A stretch of DNA of 63,646 nucleotides, filler included, from Globobulimina sp. (lineage: Eukaryota), in NCBI GenBank assembly GCA_003354225.1. It is 37 parts of 37 records of this genome, joined end to end, with 100 filler letters (N's around TTAATTAATTAA, not from the genome) between each part and the next. Parts side by side here need not be neighbours in the genome. Positions count along the whole stretch, not along the records: positions 36,198 to 37,820 come from PIVH01013986.1; positions 37,921 to 39,543 come from PIVH01013987.1; positions 39,644 to 41,265 come from PIVH01013988.1; positions 41,366 to 42,987 come from PIVH01013989.1; positions 43,088 to 44,709 come from PIVH01013990.1; positions 44,810 to 46,431 come from PIVH01013991.1; positions 46,532 to 48,153 come from PIVH01013992.1; positions 48,254 to 49,875 come from PIVH01013993.1; 29 more parts are not named here. One strand, given 5' to 3'. The stretch's first letter is position 1. Every line of letters starts with the position of its first letter. A program made the position numbers and the translations under genes. The notes beneath the pieces were generated by a model. It worked only from the letters and a program-made list of their open reading frames with translations. It was not told the origin of the DNA and ran no database searches. Positions 36,377 through 49,227 of this stretch are shown here, in pieces.

Positions 36377-37820
36377 ATGCCAGATCAAAGTAGATGGTCA
36401 TGCAAGGAATGTACATTTGAAAACGATTGCAATGCCATTGAATGCAAAATCTGTCAAACTGACCGCTGCCAAAAAAGAGTACTTGATCAATCACATAATA
36501 ATAATATTCGCCAACCATCACCAAAAAAACGTAAAATAAATCAAACCAAAACTGTTCAACAAAATGAAATGGATATTGATGAAAACACAAACAATAACAA
36601 TCATGACATGGAACAATTATATTTCCCATCAAACCACAACAATGACGAAAAACGAGCAGATCCGACATTGGATTCAATGGATAAGTTTGGAGCAGCAAAG
36701 CCAAGCATTAATCGTATCAAAAAAGAAGAATATCCATATGAATGGGACAATAATTCCGTGATTAAACAAGAAGAAGAAATGAATGATAGTATAAACTACA
36801 TGTTTGATACTGATTTTTCATCTCATTTGACAGATGATATGTATTTATATTATAGTGGCCAAGATATGGATGCATTGGATTGGAGTGCCTCGGAATATGA
36901 ACAGGATAAGTTATGGGAATTAGAAAAGCATTTCTTTGAATGGAAGAATGCATATCGCGGCTGTCTAGTACTGATACAAAATGTATATAAATATGAATCT
37001 TATGAGGACGATGCCTTTATTGTGTCCATGGTACTCGGCGTTCAAACCTTTCGTCGCAAATTGGGTACTTTACTAAAAGTGTTGTTGCCAGAATTTAAGT
37101 TAGATTCTTATTTGCGAAGATTAGGTAAGATCCACCTTTGTTGACTACACATTCATTGAAGCAACAAACATAAAAACATTTTGCGTGTACAGTTGAAGTG
37201 GGTTTGATGGTGGCGGTGATATCGCAAACACAGACATCGACGACAATGGACAGAAAGACTCAGAAAACACTGCGTCGCGAATTAACCGGCATATACAGCA
37301 AAGGCACCTTGTTTTTCCCACACATTACTTCATTAACTTTGGATAACTGTATCTCGCAAACTTATCTCGACGATGAAACTCCAGAAAGTCGGTATATTTT
37401 ATCCTTTCATGAGGTACCACTGGACGCCGCATTTGAAATGGCGAAGAATATCCAATTTAATATAATTTTATGCGACCTATACTCCGGATATTTATATTAC
37501 GATCAATTCGAAGATACGTTTCTGAGACCGAAATTTTTGACCATTTTAAATCATTTTAACATTGTTGAGATTCTGTTGCCCAACAAAGAGATATCAAACA
37601 ATACACTGTGTTTATTGAAGAATAGATACAGCAAACTGGGAAATAGAAGGTCTGTCCGCTGGGCACCATATCAACTGTCACAGTTTGGATATTCGCAATG
37701 TAACACATTGCTGATCGATGCTTATAGCGAAGATAATGGCGAATGGATAGCTTTTATTTTAGAAACATGGCATCCATCCATCATAATATCGTTTTGTATG
37801 TTGGTGGATTATTTGCGGAA
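36377..37820 (+). CDS. MutS homologue (MSH3-like) with N-terminal RanBP2-type zinc finger, intron 37125..37192, 3' partial
   Basis: WSCKECTFENDCNAIECKICQT finger. MutS domain I: LVLIQNVYKYESYEDDA, YLRRL|VEVGLMVAVISQT, RRELTGIYSKGT. Connector: YDQFEDTFLR..VEILL. Confidence 0.8.
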
Positions 37821-38764
37821 NNNNNNNNNNNNNNNNNNNNNNNNNNNNNNNNNNNNNNNNNNNNTTAATTAATTAANNNNNNNNNNNNNNNNNNNNNNNN
37901 NNNNNNNNNNNNNNNNNNNNTCCAAATGCATTGCGATAATCACCATAAGCACGTACCATCACCTTTGCTGGTAACGGTTTTCCCATTGTTTGAGATTGTA
38001 ATCCATCGATGAGCAATTTTGAATGTGTCTACACTTTTCGTATAATAACCGCCCGTTCCTCCAGATTTTTGGGGTAATGAAAATTATTCAAACCAATCAA
38101 ATAAGATATAATTATCAATTTTCACTCTTAGGACAAAAATTAATGGGTATACAACCTTGGTAACAATTTGTTATTATTGCTCTGATGTTAATCTATATTT
38201 AGAGCTTTTAGCAGCACACTTTTTTCTGTGACATGAACAAAAATTACAGTCATTGATCACCAATTCTGCATCAGATTCAATTCCACAAAACAAAAAAGGC
38301 AAAACCCAAACGTTTGCAACTTTGTACAAACAGAACACGCCTAATTATAATCAACAATTTCCTAAATCAATACCATATTTAGATAAGTTTCGTGTGTTCG
38401 ATAGAGAATCCCTCGAAAAAATTTGTCTAAAACGATAAATCAAGCAAAGTACAGACAGATAACAATTTATCTGAATAACACTGAGATGGTTTAACCCATA
38501 CAATAAGAATGTAGTAATACAGATCACAGAGTTGGGGAGGACACAGCCGAAGCTGCAGACACACGCTCTATCAAATATTAATTAATTGAGCTACTGAGTC
38601 TTGTATATTTCTTGTGCATAACATAATTATTGATGCGCTATATATGTTGCTATCGAATGGCACACAAATATTTATGGTATGCATATGCCGGGCCACTGCT
38701 ACATTAAATTCTTTGAAATCAAATCAAATCAAATCAAAATGTAATACATATATTATTTGCAATT

Positions 38765-38890
38765 GATTCAAAAAAATGATTGGTATTAAAATGATTTGAT
38801 TGGTATCGAATTTGATTGGTATGATTTGATTGGTATAATTTGATTAATATTATTTGCAAAAATCGAATTTGATTGGTATTAAAATGATTG
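38765..38890 (+). repeat. Degenerate tandem repeat of ATTTGATTGGTAT-like unit
   Basis: About five imperfect copies visible. Confidence 0.7.
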
Positions 38891-39643
38891 TTATTGTTAT
38901 TGTTATTGTTTACTATGAATATATGATCGATATCGATATCATTGATATGAATGCGTACGTTGTGTAACTGTAACAACCATAAAATTATATGCACTGTGCT
39001 GTAAAATGTTCATCATCAATTCAAGTGGCTCCATTGTTCATTGTTAAATGCAGGATCGATCCGATCGACTCGCAAACTTGCAATTGAGTTGCCAGTGCCA
39101 TGCTGGATGTTGCATGATGTTTTCTTGTGACTGACTGACTGACTGACTGCATTTTATTCAACATTTTTAATTTAAACAAAATGGATTAAACCAAACCATA
39201 AGCATTTTGCAGTAAATTGAATCATGTATAAATATACGTCAATATTATGCAGTTTAAAACAAGAAGGAAGTTCCAAGTGATATTAACTTGAGACAAAACA
39301 TATTTCGATTGGTTTGCGTCAACATCATTCCTTATTAACACCTCTTTCCAAATCTGCAATATAAAGATACTCAGTAGTTTTCATCTTGCTTTCTTCTTTT
39401 TTTTCGATTACAATGATGAATCAAAAAAAAAAAAAGAACAATTATTTGCATTTTGTGTTTCTCAATAGTGAATAATACGCGCAATAATTGAGTGAAAAAG
39501 GCACCATTTGTGCTCAAGGATGCAGCTCTCGGAATAAATCAGANNNNNNNNNNNNNNNNNNNNNNNNNNNNNNNNNNNNNNNNNNNNTTAATTAATTAAN
39601 NNNNNNNNNNNNNNNNNNNNNNNNNNNNNNNNNNNNNNNNNNN

Positions 39644-40113
39644 CGAACAGTGCCTATATGTGGCTCTCGCTCTCGTCCAATTACCGGATAATTGATGTAC
39701 GAATATGCTGCAATGTATACTGCTAAAAATACTAACAAAATGATAAAGGTGTAATTTGATATTTTATACACAGAATACTGAAATGTATGCTTTATTCGTA
39801 ACAAATATATGATGTATGATGAAACTGTTACTATATTGCAACAAACATTTACGATGACCATAATAATGAAGTTCTTGTCCTTTGTGATGATATTTGCATC
39901 GGGGTTTGACGCAAATAATATTAATATAGCGCATGTTGTTAGAAAAGCGAAGACAGTGGCAATGAATGTGACACATTTTAGAGACAATTTAATTTCTGGT
40001 TTGATTTTGTATATCTTCATCGTCGAATATGAAATTATTAATATCACAATCACTACTAATGCACATAAAATGAGTGATGACACACGAAGGACATAAATTT
40101 GCTTCATAACCAT
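39644..40113 (-). CDS. Multi-pass membrane protein (GPCR-like), N-terminal fragment
   Basis: Four hydrophobic helices and YLLRIKHTFQYSVY; same general type as 5861..6787. Confidence 0.55.
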
Positions 40114-40285
40114 AGTTATCTTGAATTATTGAAAAGAACTTTAAAAAAAAACTTCAGAAAAAACATAATGTTAAGTATTTACTGCGGTAAGCCTTAATTT
40201 TATGCATTTTAACTTTGAATATTCCAGCGTATTTATGGATATGGGACATTATCTCACAGTTGTAAAGTTTTGGGAAAGTTTATAA

Positions 40286-41265
40286 CTAAAGCTTGTTATG
40301 TAGTGGTGTATATGTTAATGATTTGCTCCAATTCCGAGGCCACAATGTGAAATGATTATGTATCCTTTTCATATGTACAATTAAACGGTTACTTATCAAT
40401 TGCTTAATTTTCGAAACACGCATACATTTCATAACATTCACAAATTCATTTCTTAATATTTCTATAACCCTTTCAATACCATTCGAGCCATCGCATGACA
40501 TGCCATGCAAATAAGGTCTCCCAATACCTACACCATTTGCCCCCATTGCCAATGCTTTAAACATATCCATACCACTCCTTATCCCACCATCAATATATAT
40601 TTTAATATTATTCTTCCTCAAATCAGTAAAATCTATATTATCCATAACTTCTTTCAACACTTCTAACGAAGATCGAGCTGTATCCAATTGGCGGCCACCA
40701 TGATTGGACAATATAACCGCATCAACAATGTCGTTATATTCATCTAAAACTTTCAACACATCCTCCAAACATTGTATTCCTTTTAATATTAATTTAACCC
40801 GCTATTCAACACAAACGTTAACAATTTGATCCATATGTTTTGGCGTATTATATCTATAAAAACAACTTAACTTTGTTATTTTTATTATTTCTATCCAAAA
40901 ATGAGCGAATCCAAACAACATCGTTCCACGTTAACGAAGGATTAATAAATGATGATAACCTTCCCGCAGTACCTTGGCGCAAACTATTCGCACTTTTATT
41001 CGTTTTATCATACAGACCCTTGACAATATGCGCTGATCCATCAAAATCCTGTGCAACATTCGAATTTTCCAAGTTATATTTGATATCTTTTTCCCTTCTC
41101 CCAACTTGCGGCGCATCCACTGTCACTACGAATGTATTGCATTTATACTGCAATGCTTCCAACATCATCTTTTTTGTCACATTATGGTCCTGACATACAT
41201 ACAATTGATACCATATATTTTGCCTACCGTTTGATATTATATCTGAGAAATGGAATATTTGTTTC
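40286..41265 (-). CDS. FMN-dependent alpha-hydroxy acid dehydrogenase (flavocytochrome b2/glycolate oxidase family), intron 40871..40802, 5' partial
   Basis: WYQLYV, VTVDAPQVGRRE, LILKGIQ, SNHGGRQLD, DGGIRSG, GIGRP. Confidence 0.92.
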
Positions 41266-41365
41266 NNNNNNNNNNNNNNNNNNNNNNNNNNNNNNNNNNN
41301 NNNNNNNNNTTAATTAATTAANNNNNNNNNNNNNNNNNNNNNNNNNNNNNNNNNNNNNNNNNNNN

Positions 41366-41655
41366 ATCCCACGAATACCACAAATCACACCAATCACACA
41401 AATCACACCAATCACACAAATCACACCAGTCACACAAAGCACACCAGTCACACAAATCACACAAATCACACCAATCCCACGAATCCCACAAATCCCAACA
41501 GATTAACAATCACACTAATCACACTAATCACACAAATACCAACAATAATAATAAGAATCACACCTCAATCACACAAATCTCAACAGATTAACAATCACAC
41601 TAATCACACAAACAAATCACAGTGTGATAATCACACCTCAATCACACAAAAGCAC
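41366..41655 (+). repeat. 9-bp unit minisatellite (AATCACACC/AATCACACA)
   Basis: Direct tandem array. The DLCDWC ORF on the minus strand is its by-product. Confidence 0.9.
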
Positions 41656-42729
41656 AACCCCTGAAACCTGTATTGACCAATCATGCTATTCCTTTGTACG
41701 TTATATTTATTCGCATAAAAAAACTTCAAATTGTGTACATGTAATCGCATATAAGTTTATTGTTTGTAAGATATAGCCTTAAAATAAACATACCTTGAAT
41801 TTGGCTATTGTTTCTGTCAGATCGACTGTAATAATATATATATTTATATATATATTATTTAAGGCAACAAGGACTGGCTCTGTCACAGAAAAAGTGCTCA
41901 TATATTGATGTATGATCATGCTATTCCTTTGATTATTCAGTTCATATAAATCATAGAGTATTTTTTTAGGGTTTTCATTAAAAAAAAACCCTTAGTTTAA
42001 AAAGTGACACTAAAAGACCTCGCAAAAGAATGAAGCTGAGGAAGGAGATGCACAACCAGAAAGAACCGTAGAGACCAAAATGGAATCGAAGAAACCTGAC
42101 GAGGAAAATAAACACGCGAAAGAAGAGAATGATTTACCAATGTATGGTACTCTTATTCATGTAAATGCAGAGACATTGAATTCAGAGCGCTTGGTAAACC
42201 ATAAAGTGGCCATTACTGGAGCGATATGTCAATAGTCCTGAAAAAAAATGTTATACTTTCAAATGTACTGTATGTAAGGATAAAACATTTATGGTATGCG
42301 CCAGTTGGTGGTTATATTAAAGATTCGCTGTATCAAATTATTGGACACGTCTGTCGCGACTATACAATTACCCAAGAAAGTTATGAACGGATTTGGATGA
42401 AAAAAAACAAGAGAAACAAGAATATGGTACAATCACTCATGTAAATGCAGAATTATTACATTCTGGGCGCTTTGTTAACAAAAAAGTTGCCATTGTCAGT
42501 CGATATATTAAGAAGGACTTGTGGCCGATATATGTCTTTGCAGCATGTGGTGAAAGAAGATTTATGGTCTGTAATGAATCATTTATATTTCAAGGTTACA
42601 ATAAAGATACAGTATTTAATATTTTTTTTTTTGGAACAGTAGGAACCATTCCGAACGAACACCATTAACAATAACCACTTTCCACACATTGCGGAACAAA
42701 TCACGAATAACATTAATAACATTATTTCT

Positions 42730-42987
42730 TTAATCAGGAAACCGATAATATTTCTTTAATCTCCGCAATAATATGTCATATGGAATGCTCGGGAAACACT
42801 GCTCAATATCGGAATACACCGAAAAAACCAGATTTTTTATTTCCCACCGTGAATAAATAAAATCAACAATATAATTATAAGCATCACCGGTGGATTTGCC
42901 AGGCAGTGATGCACAATTATTTGGATGTATGATATCTGCCTTAACCACATGATCAATTATCTTCAAATTCCAACAAATTTCATATAA
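42730..42987 (-). mobile_element. Non-LTR retrotransposon reverse transcriptase fragment
   Basis: PGKSTGDA...SVYSDIEQCFPSIPYDILLRRL matches the LINE RT pattern GRST..D..KAFDSV.H..L; truncated. Confidence 0.7.
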
Positions 42988-43087
42988 NNNNNNNNNNNNN
43001 NNNNNNNNNNNNNNNNNNNNNNNNNNNNNNNTTAATTAATTAANNNNNNNNNNNNNNNNNNNNNNNNNNNNNNNNNNNNNNNNNNNN

Positions 43088-43780
43088 TTTAAGACACAAA
43101 GCAATAAATGTTTTGTATTAACTGCGGCTCATATTATAAGAATGAGAATAATGGAATGTCCAAAATGTCTCAAATATATGGGGTGCGGCTATGTAAAGTG
43201 TATCCGTTGTAATTGCGATCGATTAAAATATAAACTAATACCAGCGACAAAAATAATATTTCGAAGAAGAGAAATTAGGCATCACGTATTATTAGAAAAA
43301 AATGATGGAGAAACCACAGGTTACAAGTTTGGAGACATTAGAAAATCGTATTTGTGTAAATGTGAATTCGTAGATGATGTAAACTATAATTCATTTGATT
43401 ATTCTATATTATCATTTATAAATAATGACAATTATGGCTACACAAAATGCACTCAACACATAACAATCAAAAACGAAGTCAATGCATTAAAGAAAAAAAC
43501 CATTCCCACATTTAACATATATGGATATTCAATAGAAAGAGATAAAAGAAATAAAATGTATGGAATGGAATCAACAAATAGTAATTATTCTGTTGGAATA
43601 TCCAGACATAGCAATCAATATTTTTTGAAACAAAGAGAAATCGACACCCTCTGCGGTCAACAAGGTGCTGCTGTTTGGTATAAAAGAAATAATGCTGTTA
43701 TAATCTTTGCAATACATAGTGGTGGAAACAACATAAAGCACTGGAATGGCGCTCAAATTATAAATGTAATATTTTACTGA
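43088..43780 (+). CDS. Trypsin/V8-like serine protease homologue, catalytic Ser replaced, 5' partial
   Basis: VLTAAHII upstream of the track start, DYSIL, IDTLCGQQGAAV, AIHSGG. Inserted CPKC..CIRC. Confidence 0.7.
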   Translation, partial: FKTQSNKCFVLTAAHIIRMRIMECPKCLKYMGCGYVKCIRCNCDRLKYKLIPATKIIFRRREIRHHVLLEKNDGETTGYKFGDIRKSYLCKCEFVDDVNYNSFDYSILSFINNDNYGYTKCTQHITIKNEVNALKKKTIPTFNIYGYSIERDKRNKMYGMESTNSNYSVGISRHSNQYFLKQREIDTLCGQQGAAVWYKRNNAVIIFAIHSGGNNIKHWNGAQIINVIFY

Positions 43781-43851
43781 ATATCTCAAATATCACAAAT
43801 TATATCTATAACTTTGTTAAATACAAACGAGCGCAGCAGATACTATTTAAT

Positions 43852-44709
43852 GATGTGAATGATTTAAATCATCAAATTCATAATATTGGCATTGTAATGT
43901 CTGAGTTTGGAGATTGGACTCATCAGACAACAGGTTTTGTTTTTGCACATTCATCATTTTCGGCAGAATTATATGTGTTAACTGAGGCACAAGCTGTGAT
44001 TTCATGGAATGGCGAAACTAAAGAATTTGAACAGGCTGACAACGTTTCCTTTCATTTGAGAAAAAATGTGGATATAAATAATTCAGAGTATATATCAAAT
44101 TATTCAGCAGTGAGTTGGGAAGTGCATCCAAAATATATTCAACACAAATCAAAGTATTATAATATCGCAATTATAAAAATTATTGATCCTAAAAATGAAT
44201 TATGGAATGTTAAACCTTTGCAATTATGTGCATCCACAAAGAATTATGATTCATATAATAGAGCAAAAGTATTTGGCTTTGCAGGTGTTTGGAATGAAGA
44301 ACTGTTTGGAATGAAAGGTGCGGTCAACTGCTTGGATGGGAAAATAATAAGATATGAAAATATTGTATGTCGTGGAAGAGGAGGACCAGTTTTTTGTTAT
44401 GGTGAAAGAAAAAATAATGATGACAAACAAGAACAGAAAATGAACGATGAGTGCACAAAAGCATTGAAATTATTGAATTTAGGGTTGGATGTTGACTCTG
44501 TGATCAATGAGCTGAATAATCAAAAGATTGAAAAAAAGAAATGGACGTTTTTCTCCAGAAAGAGTTCAAATGTTCAAGATATTTATAATAAAATATACAA
44601 AGAAGGTGCGTATAGACCATCAAGTATAGACCAATGGCTTTATAATGCCGTAGATGCAGATTATTGTGATATATTTAATTGTTTTGGTGACGAAGTGATG
44701 GGAATCAGT
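43852..44709 (+). CDS. Degenerate trypsin-like protease homologue, 3' partial
   Basis: TGFV, VLTEAQAV (His lost), VHPKY..NIAIIKI (Asp lost), GRGGPV. Confidence 0.6.
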
Positions 44710-45021
44710 NNNNNNNNNNNNNNNNNNNNNNNNNNNNNNNNNNNNNNNNNNNNTTAATTAATTAANNNNNNNNNNNNNNNNNNNNNNNNNNNNNNNNNNN
44801 NNNNNNNNNCTTGACGACATGCCGTCCTGCCCGCAAACTTCGCCGTGCTGTCCACAGAGACATTCTGCACTTTCTTGCGCGAGTTCTCGCCACGCCTGCT
44901 ATGAAATACCGCTGACGTGCAGGCGCAAGACTCGTTGGACCAATTCAGCCGTCGTATGAAATGAAATGTAGGCTATGTGCCAGCGCAAGATTCGTTGGAC
45001 CAGTTCAGTGGACCACTACAA

Positions 45022-45889
45022 TGGTAGTGGATCCCCCACCACCTCCAATGGCACACCTTATTCAAGTTTAAGCACTGTTAGCTCCAACGCATCAGACAAC
45101 GATCCTAATTTTATGAATTCGAATATGAACTCGAACAATCTGAATAATATGAATAGTATGAATAATGAATATTATTCAGTGTCAGCAACAGCAAACAATT
45201 GCAATAATATCGGTTGTTTTGGTTCATTTCAAGCGCAGGAATATCCGTTCTCAAATAGTCAGCAACAGGTTAACAATAATTGTTATTATTCAGTTAATCC
45301 ACCTAATTCGTCTCAAAACGTATTACGGACTCCCACCGCTACCAATAATATCAATCAGATTAATCATAAATATATGCCTGTCGTAGCAGATGCATATAAT
45401 AATAAAACAGGCACTGATATTAAACCATTAGCCTCGTTAATTAATGGTAGTTTCGAATGTTCAGTCTGTGGTAAATCATTTAAACACAAATGTAATTTAA
45501 AAATCCATTCTATCATTCATACCTCGGCAGCCTTATCGTGTTCGTTTTGCTGCAAAAAATTTGCACGCATCTCCAATCTGAATGAGCATATTAAAATTCA
45601 TACAAATTTCAGACCGTTTAAATGCAGATATTGTGACAAGACCTTTCGTCAAAAACAAACCTTAATCGATCATATTCGAACGCATACTGGAGAGCGACCC
45701 TTCAAATGTGATTTTTGTAACAAAGCATTCAAAGTCAAACATAATTTAAAATCACATCGAAGATTACATACTGGCGAAAGGCCATTTGTTTGCGCTTTGT
45801 GTCCCAAAAGATTTGCCAGTAAAAGCAGCTTAAATGGACATATTCGACGCAAACATATCCAATTTTGGACAAATCGCAATAGAAAATAA
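45022..45889 (+). CDS. Kruppel-type C2H2 zinc-finger protein, 5 fingers; 5' end probably chimeric
   Basis: Five CxxC..HxxxH fingers with TGERPF linkers and an Asn-rich N-terminus. Confidence 0.9.
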
Positions 45890-46531
45890 ACTTTTTATCA
45901 TTTTATTATTAATTTGCTGAGAATTAATTCAATTCAAAACGCGGATTGTTTTTGTTCCATCAAAAAAATAGCATTTAGCACCTTCTATATACGTTAAAAT
46001 AGTATGTATATAATAAAAATAAATTGCTTGTTTTAGTGGCATTCCTTTTCTTTTTTTCTTTTCTGTTTGTATCAAAACCAGCAAATATTAGAGCCATTAT
46101 TTTTTGAATTGCCATGATATTATTTATATTTTCTAATATTTTCCCTCATTACGCAAAAAATGTAATTTTTTTGGTTGCATTGTAAAGATTTATTTTATTT
46201 TTTAGATTGTTTATACTGTTCATGTATATTTTGTGTAATGCATCGGCAAATAATTAAATATTAAAACATATCATTCCTCAATCCGTTCATTCAAAGTATT
46301 AATTTTTTAACAATTTGTTATGTTACTAAAACAAACGCCATTTATATTTTCACTGTTTGTAAAACATAAATCGATCAACAACGATTTATAAATATTGTTT
46401 TATTACTTATTTGTCACTATTTATGTCTCAANNNNNNNNNNNNNNNNNNNNNNNNNNNNNNNNNNNNNNNNNNNNTTAATTAATTAANNNNNNNNNNNNN
46501 NNNNNNNNNNNNNNNNNNNNNNNNNNNNNNN

Positions 46532-48153
46532 ATATCCGGAGGAGCCTTTGAACTATGTGGTTAAATTGGGTCCCATTGCATTCAACATGGTAAACCCCAA
46601 TATCTGTGGGGGAGCTTCGACGATATTGAAGAGACTGTCTGTATGTGGATACACCAAAATACAACCACACAGATTCGAAACTCCTGAAATTGTGGAAAAT
46701 ATAATGCTGTTAGATTTTAACACGTTGTATGGGTCAACTTCAGAATTTGAGTGTCCAGTTTTGGGTTCCTACTCGATCAGAATCAAATCCAATAAATTTC
46801 GGACCGAAACTGTGCAGGAACGAGGTCTCATGCCACTTTGCTGGCTCAGATACGAATCCATGTTGGTTCACAAAAAACCCATGCAGACCATATTGAGCCT
46901 CAGATCGGAGAAAAGAATTCGAATATCCAATAGCCGAACTGCTCGTTTAGATGGCTGGGTTGTAATAGGACGAACCAAGAAAGGCGAACAGATCGGGTTT
47001 TCTTTCGAGTTCCATGGATCGGTCGTTCACTCGAGCCCTGACATTATGACAAAAGAGGAGTTTGAACACGGATTGAATCCAATCAATGGTCGACCAAACA
47101 AAGAAGTATATGAAGAGACATTAGCCAGAGATGAAGAACTCAGCAGACATCCTCGAGTGGCTCATCATTTTGTCATGTGGGAACATGAATGGAAAAAGAA
47201 GATTAAGGAAAATCCTTTTCTGATGTCCTTTGTAAAACGGTCTATGGCATACTTGGCTCCAAATTCAGTGGAAAAGTCATTTTCTTGGCAACGATGTTTG
47301 CAGTTGATATTGGAGAGTAAATTGCATGGCATTGTTAAATGCAGTTTGAAGACACCATCGGAAAAAATGCAGACAATTGCTTTGTACCCTCCATTCTGGT
47401 TGCACAGAGATCTTACTCGAGCAGATTTATGTGAGAACGAGAAAACTTATGCAGAAAAGTATGACATGTTCAAAGATAAGAAAGGGCAGAGAACTCTCTG
47501 CAATGAACTATCGGTGGAGGATACGGTAATAACGACAGATCTGCTTAAATTTTATGTCTTAGATATGGGTTTACTTTGCACAGATATAGACTGCATTATT
47601 CAGTTCAGAGGACACGGAAGACCCTGGCTGCCTATGTTGAAAAGGTGCATCGAGTTCAGAGTTGAAGGAAGAGATAAAGGAAATCCAGTTCAGGTAAACG
47701 CTGCCAAAGCTGTACTAAATACATTCTTTGGTTCATCCATCATCAAAGCCGAAGGGAGAAACCAATGTCTTTTTGTTTGGGACAAGGATGCGAGGAAAAC
47801 TATTCAGAAAGACAATTATTTGGATATTAATCCAGCTGGTCCTAGTCACAATCCGGAAGCGATGCATGAAGCAAAATTGTCAAAGAATTCCATAAACCAG
47901 AACAGCCCAAAACAGATCGGTTTTTGGATTTTGAATAGCAGCAAAATGATTTTGCTGCATTTCATTCACTTGCAGCTCCAGAAATACCTTAAACCCGAAT
48001 CTTTCGAAATTTACGCAACGGACACAGACTCCTGCGTATTGGGTGTGTCAATGAAAGGCACAGATTTGAGAGAAATATGCAAACCCGAATTGAGAGACGA
48101 GTTCGACAGATGTTACTTGGATATTTTCGTCACAAGAGATGAGCACACCCTTC
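46532..48153 (+). mobile_element. Polinton/Maverick/adintovirus-like family B DNA polymerase with inserted Vsr/PDDEXK-like domain, internal fragment
   Basis: ICGGAS, DFNTLYG (motif A), KAVLNTFFG (motif B), YATDTDS (motif C). Insert RLDGW..FEFHG..H...VMWEHEW. Intronless and more GC-rich than host genes. Confidence 0.82.
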
Positions 48154-48330
48154 NNNNNNNNNNNNNNNNNNNNNNNNNNNNNNNNNNNNNNNNNNNNTTA
48201 ATTAATTAANNNNNNNNNNNNNNNNNNNNNNNNNNNNNNNNNNNNNNNNNNNNGAATACGAATGAATATGGTATACATACATATAATAAAATAATTGTAT
48301 ACATATATAATATATAATATAATATAATAA

Positions 48331-48918
48331 GCTTTGGTTTTATTGGCGAAATGTCCCAAAGAACAGGAGCTTATTTATGCGGAGCTCTTTGATGTATTTG
48401 GTAATGATGTTAAAATGGAAAAGTATAAATTAAAAAATGTGATACATAAATTACATTATTTTCGTGCATTTATTCATGAATCACTTCGATTATCGAATGT
48501 TGTACCAGTTGGTGTTCCTCATTATAATCGAGATAGAGCCATTAAAATTGATAATTATATAATTCCTAAAGGCACTGTGATTATTTCTGATCTTCAAACT
48601 GCGAATTTAAACGATGAACATTGGAAAAAAGAAACGAATGGTGATGCAAAAAAAGTATGTTTAAAAGCATGGTTAGATAACAATAATAAATTTACTTTAA
48701 ATGCACAGAAAGATAAATTAATGACATTTAGTACTGGGCCAAGAAATTGTGCCGGCAAAGCATTGGCGATGAGAAGTTTATATTTAATAATGGCGAAATT
48801 AATTTTGTCATATAAATTTGAGATTGCTGATGGCAATGTTCAGGTTGAAATGAAACAAAAATATGAGTTCACACAGATGTTGTATCCGATGATACCGCTT
48901 AAAATCTCAAGGCGATGA
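48331..48918 (+). CDS. Cytochrome P450, C-terminal exon
   Basis: ExxR (HESLR), IPKGT, heme motif FSTGPRNCAG. Confidence 0.92.
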   Translation, partial: ALVLLAKCPKEQELIYAELFDVFGNDVKMEKYKLKNVIHKLHYFRAFIHESLRLSNVVPVGVPHYNRDRAIKIDNYIIPKGTVIISDLQTANLNDEHWKKETNGDAKKVCLKAWLDNNNKFTLNAQKDKLMTFSTGPRNCAGKALAMRSLYLIMAKLILSYKFEIADGNVQVEMKQKYEFTQMLYPMIPLKISRR

Positions 48919-49227
48919 CTTCATTGACTTGCTATAGCAGATTTGTACTATTTATTATTTTATTTATGACTCAATTTCGAATATTCCTAAAACTGAAAAC
49001 GGTCATATATTGTGCCAGGATATATTGATTTCTTAGTGTTTTGAAGAATCCTAGTATTCAAAGTTGAAAACCACTCCAGCTAACCCAAAAACCTTTCCAA
49101 TCACACAAGAAATGTTTAGAAGTGAACCTAAAAAGTCAATTGGTTATAATCAATGCTTATTACAAAACAAACAAATAATATCAATTTATCCATGCTACCA
49201 CCAAACAATTAAAAGTAATCACAACGT

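Noticed and set aside
37930-38285. Minus-strand frame with in-frame TAA at Gln-like positions (SEQ**QIV, WFE*FSL), suggesting a ciliate-type code
   Set aside because: Other genes end normally at TAA/TAG and this frame also hits TGA; a decayed pseudogene is simpler.
41318-41509. DLCDWC-repeat peptide resembling a metal-binding protein
   Set aside because: Translation of a 9-bp minisatellite; no evidence of coding function.
12267-48153. Functional linkage among GGDEF, hemerythrin, PolB and other genes as one cluster
   Set aside because: They lie on separate contigs ordered only by length.
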